Assembly (NCBI GenBank): GCA_963668315.1
Contig: OY764216.1
Span: 2,176,001 to 2,240,000 of the forward strand
DNA: 64,000 nucleotides
From: Spirochaetia bacterium
GTDB lineage: Bacteria; Spirochaetota; Spirochaetia; DSM-2461
Direction: 5' to 3'
Of this stretch, positions 47,705 to 57,246 are shown in pieces. Numbering within the stretch: the first letter of the stretch is position 1; every line of letters starts with the position of its first letter. Below the pieces are notes generated by a model, which saw only the letters and a program-made list of their open reading frames with translations, was not told the origin of the DNA and searched no databases. The position numbers and the translations under genes are program-made.

Positions 47705-48487
47705 TCACTCACTTTCGTATTCTGCGGAAAACCAGTTGAAAAGAGCTTTCATTCGATTGTAAAAGGACTGGGAGGCTTTATCCACAATGAAACTCAGCCC
47801 AAGTGTCTTCGCCGTCATGACTCCGTAGTAAAGTATTCCCTCCTCTGTGGGAATTACCATGACATCTGTATGAAAATTCCCCTTGTCCATAACACGGAGC
47901 ACGCCGTTAATCTTCATATTCGTCGTATTTTCCATAGACATAAGGAGGCTGTCCTTACTGGTCTTTATTTCAACTGCCGATCTGTTCGACCCAAACGTCA
48001 GATCCTTCTGGTGTATATAGAAGGTCGTTTCTTCAGGAAGGGAGGTGAACTGGAGATCTTCAAGGGGCTCCTTGCTCTTGGGGTCTTCTATTCTCCAGCA
48101 CTCTTCGAAGAGAAGCCGCATCTCTTCCCGGCTTGCGGAGTAGTATTGCAGACCTTCGAGCCGGCTGACACGGGAGAGAATATTCAGAATCAGAAGAATT
48201 TCATCATCATTCTGCTCCCTTTCGGGGATAAAGAAGATACCCTCTATGGAGAAGTTTCCCCCCAGCTGCGCCAGTTGTGAGCGCAGTTCCGCGGAGTGGC
48301 TGATTTCCGGCATCAGTTCCGGTTCGGTGTCTTCGAAATGGAAAAGGGTAATTTCTCCGTTTCCATTGAGTTCAGCCCGTTCTTCATCGGTAAGAAAATC
48401 AGAAATGGAAGGAAGGGCGCTCAGGAAAGGAATGAACAGAAAGAGAAGCAAAGCTGCGGAAAAAGCTTTTTTACAAAAAAAAGGCAT
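47705..48487 (-). CDS. Spirochaete-type secreted protein (DUF6675-like)
   Basis: GGAGG RBS and signal peptide. LEGLQYYSASR, QKDLTFG, SFYNRMKALFNWF. Confidence 0.7.
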   Translation of the reverse strand: MPFFCKKAFSAALLLFLFIPFLSALPSISDFLTDEERAELNGNGEITLFHFEDTEPELMPEISHSAELRSQLAQLGGNFSIEGIFFIPEREQNDDEILLILNILSRVSRLEGLQYYSASREEMRLLFEECWRIEDPKSKEPLEDLQFTSLPEETTFYIHQKDLTFGSNRSAVEIKTSKDSLLMSMENTTNMKINGVLRVMDKGNFHTDVMVIPTEEGILYYGVMTAKTLGLSFIVDKASQSFYNRMKALFNWFSAEYESE

Positions 48488-48609
48488 CAAACTAACCTCC
48501 GTATCGCCACACTTTACCACTTCTTTTACGATAGAGTAAACAGAAATCTTTCAAGGCGCTGTTTTTTACCGTTTTTTGGGGTAGAATTAGGGTGCTAAGG
48601 AGCTAATTA

Positions 48610-49797
48610 ATGAGAAAACTATGTATTTTATCGATCTTGCTTGTTACCGGTTTGGGACTCTTTGCTCAGGAATCGGCCAGTCTTGAAGAGCTGCGCCTCT
48701 TCTCCCGGTCCGCTATTCTCAAAGCCGAACAGCAGGCCCGAATCAAGGACGCCGATTCCGTTGTCCTGGGGGATTTCCTTTATGAGGGAATGACGACTCC
48801 CCTGGGACGGCTGATGGCCGATCTTCTGACCGCGGGGCTGACCAACAGCTCGACTCTGAATGTCATCATGAATCCCGGCCTTCTTCGAAGCGAGGGTACA
48901 AACTGGCTGACGATTCAGGGAGTCGTCCATAAGGTGGATGACGTTATCTATATGCAGCTGAAGGTCCTCGACGGACTTACATCCAATCCCCTGGCCGTTG
49001 TGGAAAAAACCACGAACTACGGTCCCATGGCCGAGTTGCTGACTGTGGAGAGCTATGACGATTATTACGATACCCCCATGGTAAGCGAAGACTACTTTAT
49101 GGAACCAAACGATGATCCTTACAGCTCTGTTGAATACACCCTGGAAGACAACTACGAACTGGCTCTGACCCGGGGTGATGCGGACTGGTTCTATTTTAAC
49201 GTTACCGAAGATGAAATAACCGATGATGCCCTGATGGTAGAAATCTATACCACCGGAGATACGGATACTTTGATGACCGTATACGGGCCCGATGATTCGG
49301 ATCTTTATATGGGAGAATCGGACGATTATATCGACAGTAATGCCGGAATGGTTCTGACGATTACCGAACCGGGAACATACTGGGTCGTCGTCTCGGGTTA
49401 TTCCGATGACACCAGCGGTTACTACCACCTGGTATCGGAAACCTCACCGGTCGCCTTCGCCGATGAATACGAACCGAACAATACCCATGACAACGCGACG
49501 CCGCTGAGTGTGGGAGACGAGCAGGATCACGCCTTCGCGGCGGGAGACAGCCTTGATGTCTTCCAGTTTACCCTGGACAGTTCGGAAGAAGTGGTACTCT
49601 ACACGGAAAGCAACATGGACACCTATATGGACCTCTATGATGAGTTCGGCAACTATGTGGCCAGCGATGATGACGGCGGAAAGGATTCCAACGCCCGTCT
49701 TCAGGTCGATCTTAACAGGGGAACCTACTTCCTTGAGGTACGTCCCTACGATGAAGGAACTTCCGGTTCCTACAGACTGATCTACACCTACGAATAG
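48610..49797 (+). CDS. Secreted acidic protein with two PPC/DVUA0089-like repeats
   Basis: Signal peptide. Two ~110-aa repeats of EPN..D.D.F.F..YT...DT....Y..DD..SNA..GTY...G.Y.L. Confidence 0.75.
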   Translation: MRKLCILSILLVTGLGLFAQESASLEELRLFSRSAILKAEQQARIKDADSVVLGDFLYEGMTTPLGRLMADLLTAGLTNSSTLNVIMNPGLLRSEGTNWLTIQGVVHKVDDVIYMQLKVLDGLTSNPLAVVEKTTNYGPMAELLTVESYDDYYDTPMVSEDYFMEPNDDPYSSVEYTLEDNYELALTRGDADWFYFNVTEDEITDDALMVEIYTTGDTDTLMTVYGPDDSDLYMGESDDYIDSNAGMVLTITEPGTYWVVVSGYSDDTSGYYHLVSETSPVAFADEYEPNNTHDNATPLSVGDEQDHAFAAGDSLDVFQFTLDSSEEVVLYTESNMDTYMDLYDEFGNYVASDDDGGKDSNARLQVDLNRGTYFLEVRPYDEGTSGSYRLIYTYE

Positions 49798-51500
49798 AGA
49801 CGGGAAAATATTTTCCGGTGGTATCGCAGAGAGCGCAGCAGTTCCCCGTACAGGGTAAGGCTGTTGCGGATGATCGAGATGCCGCCGGTTACCTGGCTCT
49901 CTTCCAGGGCCTGCAGATGGGGCTGGATAAGAAAGCCGCCTATCTCACGGGCGGCTTCCCCGGCGATGATTCTGTCCAGGCTGTCCAATTTTGACAGCCA
50001 TTCGTCCAGGCATGCCCCTTCCCTATAGGCCTCTTCCAGTTTCCGGGCCGTTTTCTCCGCTTCGGCAACCGGTTCAATGGCCATATCCAGAGATTTTATC
50101 AACTCCTCGACCTTCCCTTTGACATCGTGCCGGTGCCCTTCGTTTGAAGAGATCAGTTCCGATTTCCTTTTCTCAATTTCCCGGCGGACAGGGGGAAGAG
50201 ATAAGAGGGATTCCAGAGGCTGGAAGGGCATGCCGTCTATGAAGGAACCTTTCCAGGAGAGATTGAAGGTTTCCAGGGGACTTTTTTTCACCTGCTCGGA
50301 AAACCAGCTTATATAGACCTGCATGCGCTGATCGGAGAGAACGGGGTCATTCCGGTAGTTGCGCCTGATCTGCATGGGAGCGGAATGGAGGGCCTGCCAG
50401 GTCCAGTCTTCCGGTCCGGCCAGTCTCGCGGACTGGTAGTTGACCCTTTCTTCAAAAAAACTGCCCCGGCAGTGGGTCTGCTTGCCCGGGTATCCCAGAT
50501 CAAGCCCGGCGCAGTGGATGGACCGGCAGCCGAGGACATGGGCCAGATCCCAGGCCGCCGTAGCCACGGAACCTCCCGATTTCAGCGATATGTCCAGGAA
50601 GTCCTTTTCCAGAACGGCTGCCAGGGGAAAGGGGGAGCGGGAAAGATAGAGGGGACCGGAGAAATTCCTCAGGGTCCTGGGATGAACCGAAGTATCGGAT
50701 ACCACCATGGTGCCGGTGAAATCACAGAAATCCAGATGGCGAGTGTTCCAGTACTGGGGATCGGTAACGACAAGAAAATCAGCCCGAATCCCGTGTTTCT
50801 GCAAATTCCCGAAAGAGGTATCCACGGCGATAACAATCATCCTCTCCGAAAGTTCCTGGAGACGGGGCAGGGTCTCCTCCAGTGAGGGACCCGCGGCCAC
50901 CAGCAGGGCGGGCATATCGGTAAAACTGCCGGAAAGGCGGGACAGGGCTTCCCCCCGGGCCAGCAGGGGCAGATTGGCGGCGAGGTTTCTGATCCAGAGT
51001 CGGCCGAAACGGGTCAGGGTGTTCATGTTGATCTCCCGCCTGTCCAGCCAGCGGTTGGCCACGTCCCTTACTCCGTCGTAGTAATCCCTGTCGCGGTTGT
51101 AAAGTGTGGTATGGGGGATGATATCGAAGCTGGAAATCTGTTTCTCCCTGAAAAAGGGAGTCAGATTCTCCGGATCTCCTCCCAGAAAGAAAAAGACCCG
51201 GTCCGACTCCGTCAGAAGGGATAGATCCCGGGCCCGGGAGACTTCTTCAAAGAGTTCCGGTACTTTTTCCACAACAATGAGAGGAATATCCCGAGTCGCC
51301 CTGAGATAGGCTTCTATCTGGTAGCCCATTCCCATTCCCAGGAAAAGAGCGGCCCGGGCTTTTCGGTCCCGCCGGGCGGATATCCTTTCCGCCTCCCTTC
51401 GGGGATCATGGCGCGAACAGAGGGAAATCCCGTCGAACGTACCGGCTGTCGGTCCGGCCTTTGAGGGAAAGAAAGAAAATCCTTCGCTTTCCCCGATCAT
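49788..51500 (-). CDS. Motility accessory factor (Maf/DUF115, MptE-like domain)
   Basis: SRHDPRREAE, LGMGMGY, VAAGPSL, VVTDPQYWN, GGSVATAAW, GLDLGY. Confidence 0.85.
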   Translation of the reverse strand: MIGESEGFSFFPSKAGPTAGTFDGISLCSRHDPRREAERISARRDRKARAALFLGMGMGYQIEAYLRATRDIPLIVVEKVPELFEEVSRARDLSLLTESDRVFFFLGGDPENLTPFFREKQISSFDIIPHTTLYNRDRDYYDGVRDVANRWLDRREINMNTLTRFGRLWIRNLAANLPLLARGEALSRLSGSFTDMPALLVAAGPSLEETLPRLQELSERMIVIAVDTSFGNLQKHGIRADFLVVTDPQYWNTRHLDFCDFTGTMVVSDTSVHPRTLRNFSGPLYLSRSPFPLAAVLEKDFLDISLKSGGSVATAAWDLAHVLGCRSIHCAGLDLGYPGKQTHCRGSFFEERVNYQSARLAGPEDWTWQALHSAPMQIRRNYRNDPVLSDQRMQVYISWFSEQVKKSPLETFNLSWKGSFIDGMPFQPLESLLSLPPVRREIEKRKSELISSNEGHRHDVKGKVEELIKSLDMAIEPVAEAEKTARKLEEAYREGACLDEWLSKLDSLDRIIAGEAAREIGGFLIQPHLQALEESQVTGGISIIRNSLTLYGELLRSLRYHRKIFSRLYS

Positions 51501-53383
51501 TTGAACTCCAGGAAAATAATCTGGTTCTCTTCCAGGGAGAGGCCGGGGCGGGGGAACTGGAAGACAACGCGCCCCTCGCCTTTGATATTGACGCCGGTTT
51601 TTCCGTCGGCGAAGAATTGAAGGGCCTCCCTTTTGGAAAGGCCGGTGAAATCGGGGATTACATCGCCCGGACTCAGAGAGACCGGAGGCTTGATTGTCAC
51701 ACGGCCGGAGGTTTCGTATACCTCGTTTCCTATAAGGGAAATGTGGTAATAGGGCGCCAGGTCCAGAGCAATCTCTTTGACCAGGGGCGAGCCGATGGTT
51801 CCTCCGTAGTAGATATCGCCCCGGGGATTATTCAAAACGATATAGACGATCAGCTGGGGATCGTCGGTGGGAAAAAGGGCCATGACGGATGCGGTAAACC
51901 GGTCGGGATAGTATTTTCCCGTCTCCGGATTGGTTATCTGCGCCGTTCCCGATTTCGCCGAGATGGGGAAATCGTCGATCCGGGCCCGACGGGTCGTTCC
52001 CACGGGGGAATCCACGATCCCCTGCATCATCCGGAGCATGGTTTTCGCCGTCTCGGGTGAGAGAACCTCACGAACCGGTTCACGGCCGTACTCCTTAATC
52101 AGTTCCCCGTCGGGCGATTCTATCTTCTTGATGATATGGGGCTTGAGAAGCATGCCCCCGTTGGCGAAGACCGTGGCCGCCGTAACCATCTGCAGGGCGG
52201 AGACACCCACCTCCTGACCGATGGAGATGGTCGGCTTGGACCGGAGAGACCACTGCTCCGGTTCCTTGAGAAGACCGTTCGATTCTCCCGGAAGGGGAAG
52301 GCCCGTGGACTTTCCGAATCCGAAATTGCGCAGCATGCCGTAGAACTGTTCGGTATCCACATTCTCCGAGGCATAGGCCGTTCCCACGTTGCTGGAATGG
52401 TTGAGGATTCCCTGGAGATCCAGAACGCCGTAATTGCCCAGATCCGTTATGGGCGCGATGTTATATTTCTGGAAATAGTCAGGATTGAATCCGCCCGTCG
52501 TGTCATAGGAGACATCGGGGGTGATCCCTCCCAGTTCGAGAAAGGAGGAGAGGGAGAAAATCTTAAATACCGAACCGGGCTCGTAGGCCATCTGGGCCAG
52601 CTGGTTTTTCCTCTGTTCCGCCGAATAGTCCTGAAAGTGGTTCGGGTCGAACTGGGGAAGGGACACGTAGGCGGCGATATTTCCTGTCTTGGCTTCCATG
52701 ACAACGGCCAGCAGATTATCCGGCTGATACTCTTCATAGGCCCTTTTGAGTATCGTTTCCACCCGGTGCTGCACGGTGATGTCCAGTGTGAGATAAACGC
52801 GGTTTCCGTAGGTGGGAGAGTCTTCCCCGATGATGGTGGGGGAGAGAACGTCATTCAGAGTGTACTCTATTCCGTCCAGCCCCACATTATCCGTTCCCAC
52901 GTAGCCGATGACCTGGGAACCAAGGGTTTTCTGGGGATAGTGCCGCCCCGGTTCCGGTTCGAGGCGGATACCCTTGAGCTTGCCCTGGGATATCAGGGAG
53001 CCGAGATCGCCCGATTCGGCCGGACTGACCTGCCTCTTGATCCATACGAAATTGCTGCCCCCGTCGGAAGTGAGAAGGCGGGTCAGCTCATCGCCGTCCA
53101 TGCTTAAAATGTCCGCCAGAATCCGGGCCGTTTCCTCCGGTTTTTCCAGCTCCGGCCTCCAGAGGGATACGGAATAAAGCTGGGTCTGAACGGCCAGAAG
53201 ATTCCCCTTGCTGTCCAGAATGGGACCGCGGGCCGCTTCGGGGAGAACAATGTCCGACCTCGTGGAAGGGCGTGACGGCGCCAGCATGATAAAAGCGTAA
53301 CGTGATACGATAGCCAGAGAGAAAAGGGAGATGAAGATGAAAAAGAGACGGAATCTTTTATTCCTGATTTCGGCGTTACTCAA
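51497..53383 (-). CDS. ftsI: Class B penicillin-binding protein (FtsI-like) with C-terminal PASTA
   Basis: ARGPILD, YEPGSVFK (SxxK), SSNVG (SxN), KSGTAQ. PASTA IPDFTGLSKREA. Confidence 0.88.
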   Translation of the reverse strand: MSNAEIRNKRFRLFFIFISLFSLAIVSRYAFIMLAPSRPSTRSDIVLPEAARGPILDSKGNLLAVQTQLYSVSLWRPELEKPEETARILADILSMDGDELTRLLTSDGGSNFVWIKRQVSPAESGDLGSLISQGKLKGIRLEPEPGRHYPQKTLGSQVIGYVGTDNVGLDGIEYTLNDVLSPTIIGEDSPTYGNRVYLTLDITVQHRVETILKRAYEEYQPDNLLAVVMEAKTGNIAAYVSLPQFDPNHFQDYSAEQRKNQLAQMAYEPGSVFKIFSLSSFLELGGITPDVSYDTTGGFNPDYFQKYNIAPITDLGNYGVLDLQGILNHSSNVGTAYASENVDTEQFYGMLRNFGFGKSTGLPLPGESNGLLKEPEQWSLRSKPTISIGQEVGVSALQMVTAATVFANGGMLLKPHIIKKIESPDGELIKEYGREPVREVLSPETAKTMLRMMQGIVDSPVGTTRRARIDDFPISAKSGTAQITNPETGKYYPDRFTASVMALFPTDDPQLIVYIVLNNPRGDIYYGGTIGSPLVKEIALDLAPYYHISLIGNEVYETSGRVTIKPPVSLSPGDVIPDFTGLSKREALQFFADGKTGVNIKGEGRVVFQFPRPGLSLEENQIIFLEFK

Positions 53384-53798
53384 TGACTCTCCCTTTTTTG
53401 CCCATTACTTTTCCCAGTATATCATTTATTTCTATAAAACCCCACTCCCGGGAGTCCTCGGAATGGAAAGAATTTTCCCCCAGAAGAAACACTGTTCCCT
53501 CCGGCACTTTTTCCGTTTGGCTGAGTCTCTCTCTCTGATCGGGCTGAAGAAACCAGCGCTTATTTCCGATGCGGAGATAGCGGTCTTCAAGGACAATCTC
53601 ATCTCCTTCGGTAAGATAGCAGCTTTTTACAGTCAGCCTTCCTTCGGGATCGGTGAAGACGACAACATCGCCCTTATGTATTCGGGATGTGCGGATGACC
53701 CAGAGGCGGTCTCCCTCCTTGAGGAGAGGTTCCATGGATATGTTTTCCACCTGAAAGAGAGAGACAAGGGAGATGTAAAGCAGCAACAGGGAACTCAT
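53376..53798 (-). CDS. Short signal peptidase I (S26)-like protein (~140 aa)
   Basis: VENISMEPLLKEGD (box B Ser), GDVVVF, TVKS (box D), LGENSFHSEDSREWG (box E). The real gene is the 3' part of ORF 53376..54629. Confidence 0.72.
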   Translation of the reverse strand: MSSLLLLYISLVSLFQVENISMEPLLKEGDRLWVIRTSRIHKGDVVVFTDPEGRLTVKSCYLTEGDEIVLEDRYLRIGNKRWFLQPDQRERLSQTEKVPEGTVFLLGENSFHSEDSREWGFIEINDILGKVMGKKGRVIE

Positions 53799-53846
53799 GA
53801 AAACTAATCTTAATATAGGGGCCGTGTTTTGTCGATATATTTCATA

Positions 53847-54797
53847 ATGGTAGTTTCGCATGAACGGCAGAAAATCGGTAAACGGGGTAGATCCGTCTCT
53901 TTTGAATGGAAGGGCTGTCCTTCGGCTTCCTTTTTCGGGACCCTGCTTTTTTTTATTCTCCTTGCTCTCGGCTTTCCCGGAGAGGATATGTTTATCCGGG
54001 ATATTGCGGTTGTGGATCCGGTTGTCGGAAATGTCCAGAAAGCCTCGGCATCCTTTCCCCTGACGGGCGGGACGGAACAGGAGCCTTCCGAACGTCAGCC
54101 GGTGGTTCCCTTTCTTCATTACACCGTGGAAAGGGGAGAAACCCTCTCCCCCATAGCTTCGAGGTACTCTCTGAGAGCCGAGACCCTTATCAGCCTGAAC
54201 CATTTGAGTGATCCCAGGGAAGTGACTCCCGGAAGAATCCTCTATATCCCTTCCCAGGACGGGGCCAGAAAAAGCCTGAAGGGGGAGATGACCGCGAAAG
54301 ATCTGGCTCTGACTTTCTCCCTTTCCGTAGACGATCTCATCCCTCTGGGCGGGGGGGATTATTTTCTGCCCGGAGTCGTTCCGGGGAAAGAGGAGATAGA
54401 AGGGTTCTGGAAGGATTTTTTCTCCTATCCCCTGAACAGTTCCGTTACCGGCGAATACGGTGAAAGCAGAGATGAGCTTACCGGCCTGACTCAGACCCGC
54501 AGCGGTCTGGATTTTCTGGCCTATGAGGGACAGCCTGTCCAGGCCATCGGCGAGGGAGTCGTCAGTAAAGAGGGCTTTCACGGGACCTACGGCTGGTACA
54601 TGATTGTGAACCATAGGGACGGTTTTCAATCACTTTATGCCCACCTTGATTCCTTCGAAGTAGGGGAAGGGGCATCGGTAGACCGGGGAGAGATTATCGG
54701 AAAAGCCGGGAACAGCGGTCATACTCCGGGAAATCTTCTCTTTTTCTCCCTTTTCAAGGGGGGGGAGACGGTGGATCCGGAGGATTATCTTTTCTGA
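53847..54797 (+). CDS. LysM + M23 peptidase domain protein
   Basis: LysM YTVERGETLS..IA. M23 region GLDF, YAHL, GNSGHT. Start uncertain. Confidence 0.82.
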   Translation: MVVSHERQKIGKRGRSVSFEWKGCPSASFFGTLLFFILLALGFPGEDMFIRDIAVVDPVVGNVQKASASFPLTGGTEQEPSERQPVVPFLHYTVERGETLSPIASRYSLRAETLISLNHLSDPREVTPGRILYIPSQDGARKSLKGEMTAKDLALTFSLSVDDLIPLGGGDYFLPGVVPGKEEIEGFWKDFFSYPLNSSVTGEYGESRDELTGLTQTRSGLDFLAYEGQPVQAIGEGVVSKEGFHGTYGWYMIVNHRDGFQSLYAHLDSFEVGEGASVDRGEIIGKAGNSGHTPGNLLFFSLFKGGETVDPEDYLF

Positions 54798-54890
54798 AAA
54801 ATAATTTTAGAATTTATTCCTTACCGGCTCTCCGGGTATTCCTATTCTCAGGAAAAAGCAGTACTATCGTTCCACAATTTTAGTGGAAAT

Positions 54891-56264
54891 ATGACAAAAG
54901 ATTTAACAAAGGGGAAAACCCTCGGAATAATATTCAATTTTACTCTGCCCATTCTTTTCGGCATCCTTTTCCAGCAGGTTTATAATCTGGTGGATACGGT
55001 CATTGTCGGCAAGGGAATCGGAATTGAAGCCCTGGCCGCCGTGGGGTCCACGGGATCGGTATTTTTCCTGATCCTCGGTTTCTGCATCGGAACAACGGCG
55101 GGACTTTCCATTCCGGTCGCCCAAAGTTTCGGCGCCGGAGATTACAGAAAAATGAGGCGGTATATATTCAATTCCGCCTTGGTCACGATTGTAATCGCCC
55201 TTGTATTTACCACCCTGACGGTGATTTACTGCGAGCCCCTTCTCATTCTGATGCTGACTCCAGCCGATATTCTTGACCAGGCCGTCTCCTATGTCCGGAT
55301 TGTGTTTATGGGGATTCCCTTTCTGCTTCTTTTCAATCTGGTCTCCTCCGTCCTGCGTGCTGTGGGAGATACGAAAACTCCCCTCACTTTCCTGATCGTG
55401 TCTTCCATCCTGAATATATTTCTTGATCTGCTCCTCATCCTGGTTTTCCGACTCGGCGTAGCCGGAGCCGCTATTGCCACGGTGACCTCCCAGGGGGCGG
55501 CCGGTATTATCTGCCTTTTCTATCTGAAAAGGAAATTCCCGGCCATACTGCCGGAGAAGGAAGAGAGGAAAATCGATCTCCCCCTCATCGCCGATCTTCT
55601 GCGGTCGGGAGTTCCCATGGGACTGCAGTATTCGGTGACCGCCGTCGGATCGGTTCTGCTGCAGGTTTCGGTAAACACCCTGGGAACGGGGATTGTGGCG
55701 GCCATGGCGGCGGGAGTCAAAATCAATGTGTTTTTCTGCGCTCCCTTCGATGCCCTGGGTACCACAATGTCCACTTTTACCGGGCAGAACGTCGGAGCAA
55801 GGCGATGGAAGCGCCTTAAGAAGGGAATGCGGGACAGCATGATCATCGGATCGGTCTATTCCCTGGCCGCCTTTGTTTTTCTGGCTTTCTTCGGTAAGAC
55901 TCTGGGGCTTCTTTTTGTCGACTCAGGCGAGACCGCCATCCTCCAGAATATCCACTCCTTCCTTTTCTTCAACAGTATGTTCTTCATTCCCCTCACTGCG
56001 GTGAATGTGGTGCGCTTCATGATACAGGGAATGGGATTCGGTTCGATCGCCATCTTCTCGGGACTGTTCGAGATGATCGCCAGAACGGTCTTCGCTTTTT
56101 TCATCGTGCCGAAATGGGGTTACAGCGCCGTATGTTTCTCCTCTCCCACCGCCTGGATTCTGGCCGACCTTTTTCTCTTTCCCGCTTTCTTTTTCTGCCT
56201 GAAGTTACTGATAACCCGGGATAGAAAAAAGCGGGTCAGCCTGGAGCCTCTCTACTCGGCGTAA
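54891..56264 (+). CDS. MATE family efflux transporter
   Basis: DLTKG, QQVYNLVDTVIVG, RAVGDTKTPL, GQNVGA. Confidence 0.93.
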   Translation: MTKDLTKGKTLGIIFNFTLPILFGILFQQVYNLVDTVIVGKGIGIEALAAVGSTGSVFFLILGFCIGTTAGLSIPVAQSFGAGDYRKMRRYIFNSALVTIVIALVFTTLTVIYCEPLLILMLTPADILDQAVSYVRIVFMGIPFLLLFNLVSSVLRAVGDTKTPLTFLIVSSILNIFLDLLLILVFRLGVAGAAIATVTSQGAAGIICLFYLKRKFPAILPEKEERKIDLPLIADLLRSGVPMGLQYSVTAVGSVLLQVSVNTLGTGIVAAMAAGVKINVFFCAPFDALGTTMSTFTGQNVGARRWKRLKKGMRDSMIIGSVYSLAAFVFLAFFGKTLGLLFVDSGETAILQNIHSFLFFNSMFFIPLTAVNVVRFMIQGMGFGSIAIFSGLFEMIARTVFAFFIVPKWGYSAVCFSSPTAWILADLFLFPAFFFCLKLLITRDRKKRVSLEPLYSA

Positions 56265-56272
56265 GGGAGGGA

Positions 56273-57214
56273 TCAGGATCTCTTCCTGACCGGTTTCTTC
56301 AGATCGGAAAACTGAACAAGTGAGATTCCTTCCCTTTCCAGCCAATGGGGAAACTGGGAGGAGCAGACATTAAATAGTTCCAGTTCCCGGTAATGGTAGT
56401 ACTCCCGGTCGATGCCTTTGGGCGCTTCATCTATTCCCGACGAGGTGCCCAGATGAAAGACCCACTCCGTGGTGCCTTCGGGCTGGCAGTGGAGAAGATA
56501 GCGGAGGTTCTCCGGCGTCGGGTCGCCCCAGAAGGAATCCCCCAGATAATCGGGATGGGGCACTCCGTGTTCTTCCATCCTCTCCTGGTTGCGCTGCATT
56601 TCCCCCGTCATACCGTACTTCATGAATTTGACGGCCGAAAAGGTGTGTCTCAGGACCAGCTCCACGGCGGCTTTCCGCCCCTCGCCTGTAATGGGGCTTC
56701 CCCGGTATTCAGAAAGAAAGCGGCTCAGGGGCCTGGTACTTCTCATGGGGATACCCTTTTTCTCTCCCAGAGAAAGGAGAACAAGGAAAAGAGGCGTGTA
56801 TATCTGCATGATATTATGATGGCTCGAGAGATGCTTTACCCGAATCCCGTTCTCCTCCATCAGTCTCAGCTGAGCCGATGTTTCCAGGAGAACCTGGCGG
56901 TGATCGATAGATTTGATGCGGTGAATGAATTCCTGAAGATCGTAGAATTGCCCTCCGCTGTCGACCAGAGAGGGGATCTTCTCCCCAGGGGAGAGGGGGC
57001 TGCCCGCCGTAATGGAGGCGTGCAGCCCTAGGGAAATCCGGGGGTAGGCGTCTTGAAGCCTCTTGATATTCTCCATGGCGCCGGGAAAATTGACCATGGC
57101 GGCTACGCTGTTGATAACCCCCTCTTCAATGCCGCGTATCACCCCCCGGTTGATAAAGTCGGAAGCACCGAAATCATCCGCCGTCAGTATGGCAAAACGC
57201 TTGATCCTTTTCAT
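56273..57214 (-). CDS. ChbG/YdjC/HpnK family carbohydrate deacetylase
   Basis: TADDFG, LGLH, HLSSHH, EWVFHLG, RELE. Confidence 0.85.
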   Translation of the reverse strand: MKRIKRFAILTADDFGASDFINRGVIRGIEEGVINSVAAMVNFPGAMENIKRLQDAYPRISLGLHASITAGSPLSPGEKIPSLVDSGGQFYDLQEFIHRIKSIDHRQVLLETSAQLRLMEENGIRVKHLSSHHNIMQIYTPLFLVLLSLGEKKGIPMRSTRPLSRFLSEYRGSPITGEGRKAAVELVLRHTFSAVKFMKYGMTGEMQRNQERMEEHGVPHPDYLGDSFWGDPTPENLRYLLHCQPEGTTEWVFHLGTSSGIDEAPKGIDREYYHYRELELFNVCSSQFPHWLEREGISLVQFSDLKKPVRKRS

Positions 57215-57246
57215 TTCCGTCCAATCCCCGGAGGACTCCTATGCGG

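Noticed and set aside
53799..54629. N-terminal 277 aa of the 417-aa minus-strand ORF, suggesting a long signal peptidase
   Set aside because: Antisense to the LysM-M23 gene. S26 motifs begin only after ATG 53798, which has its own promoter-like signal.
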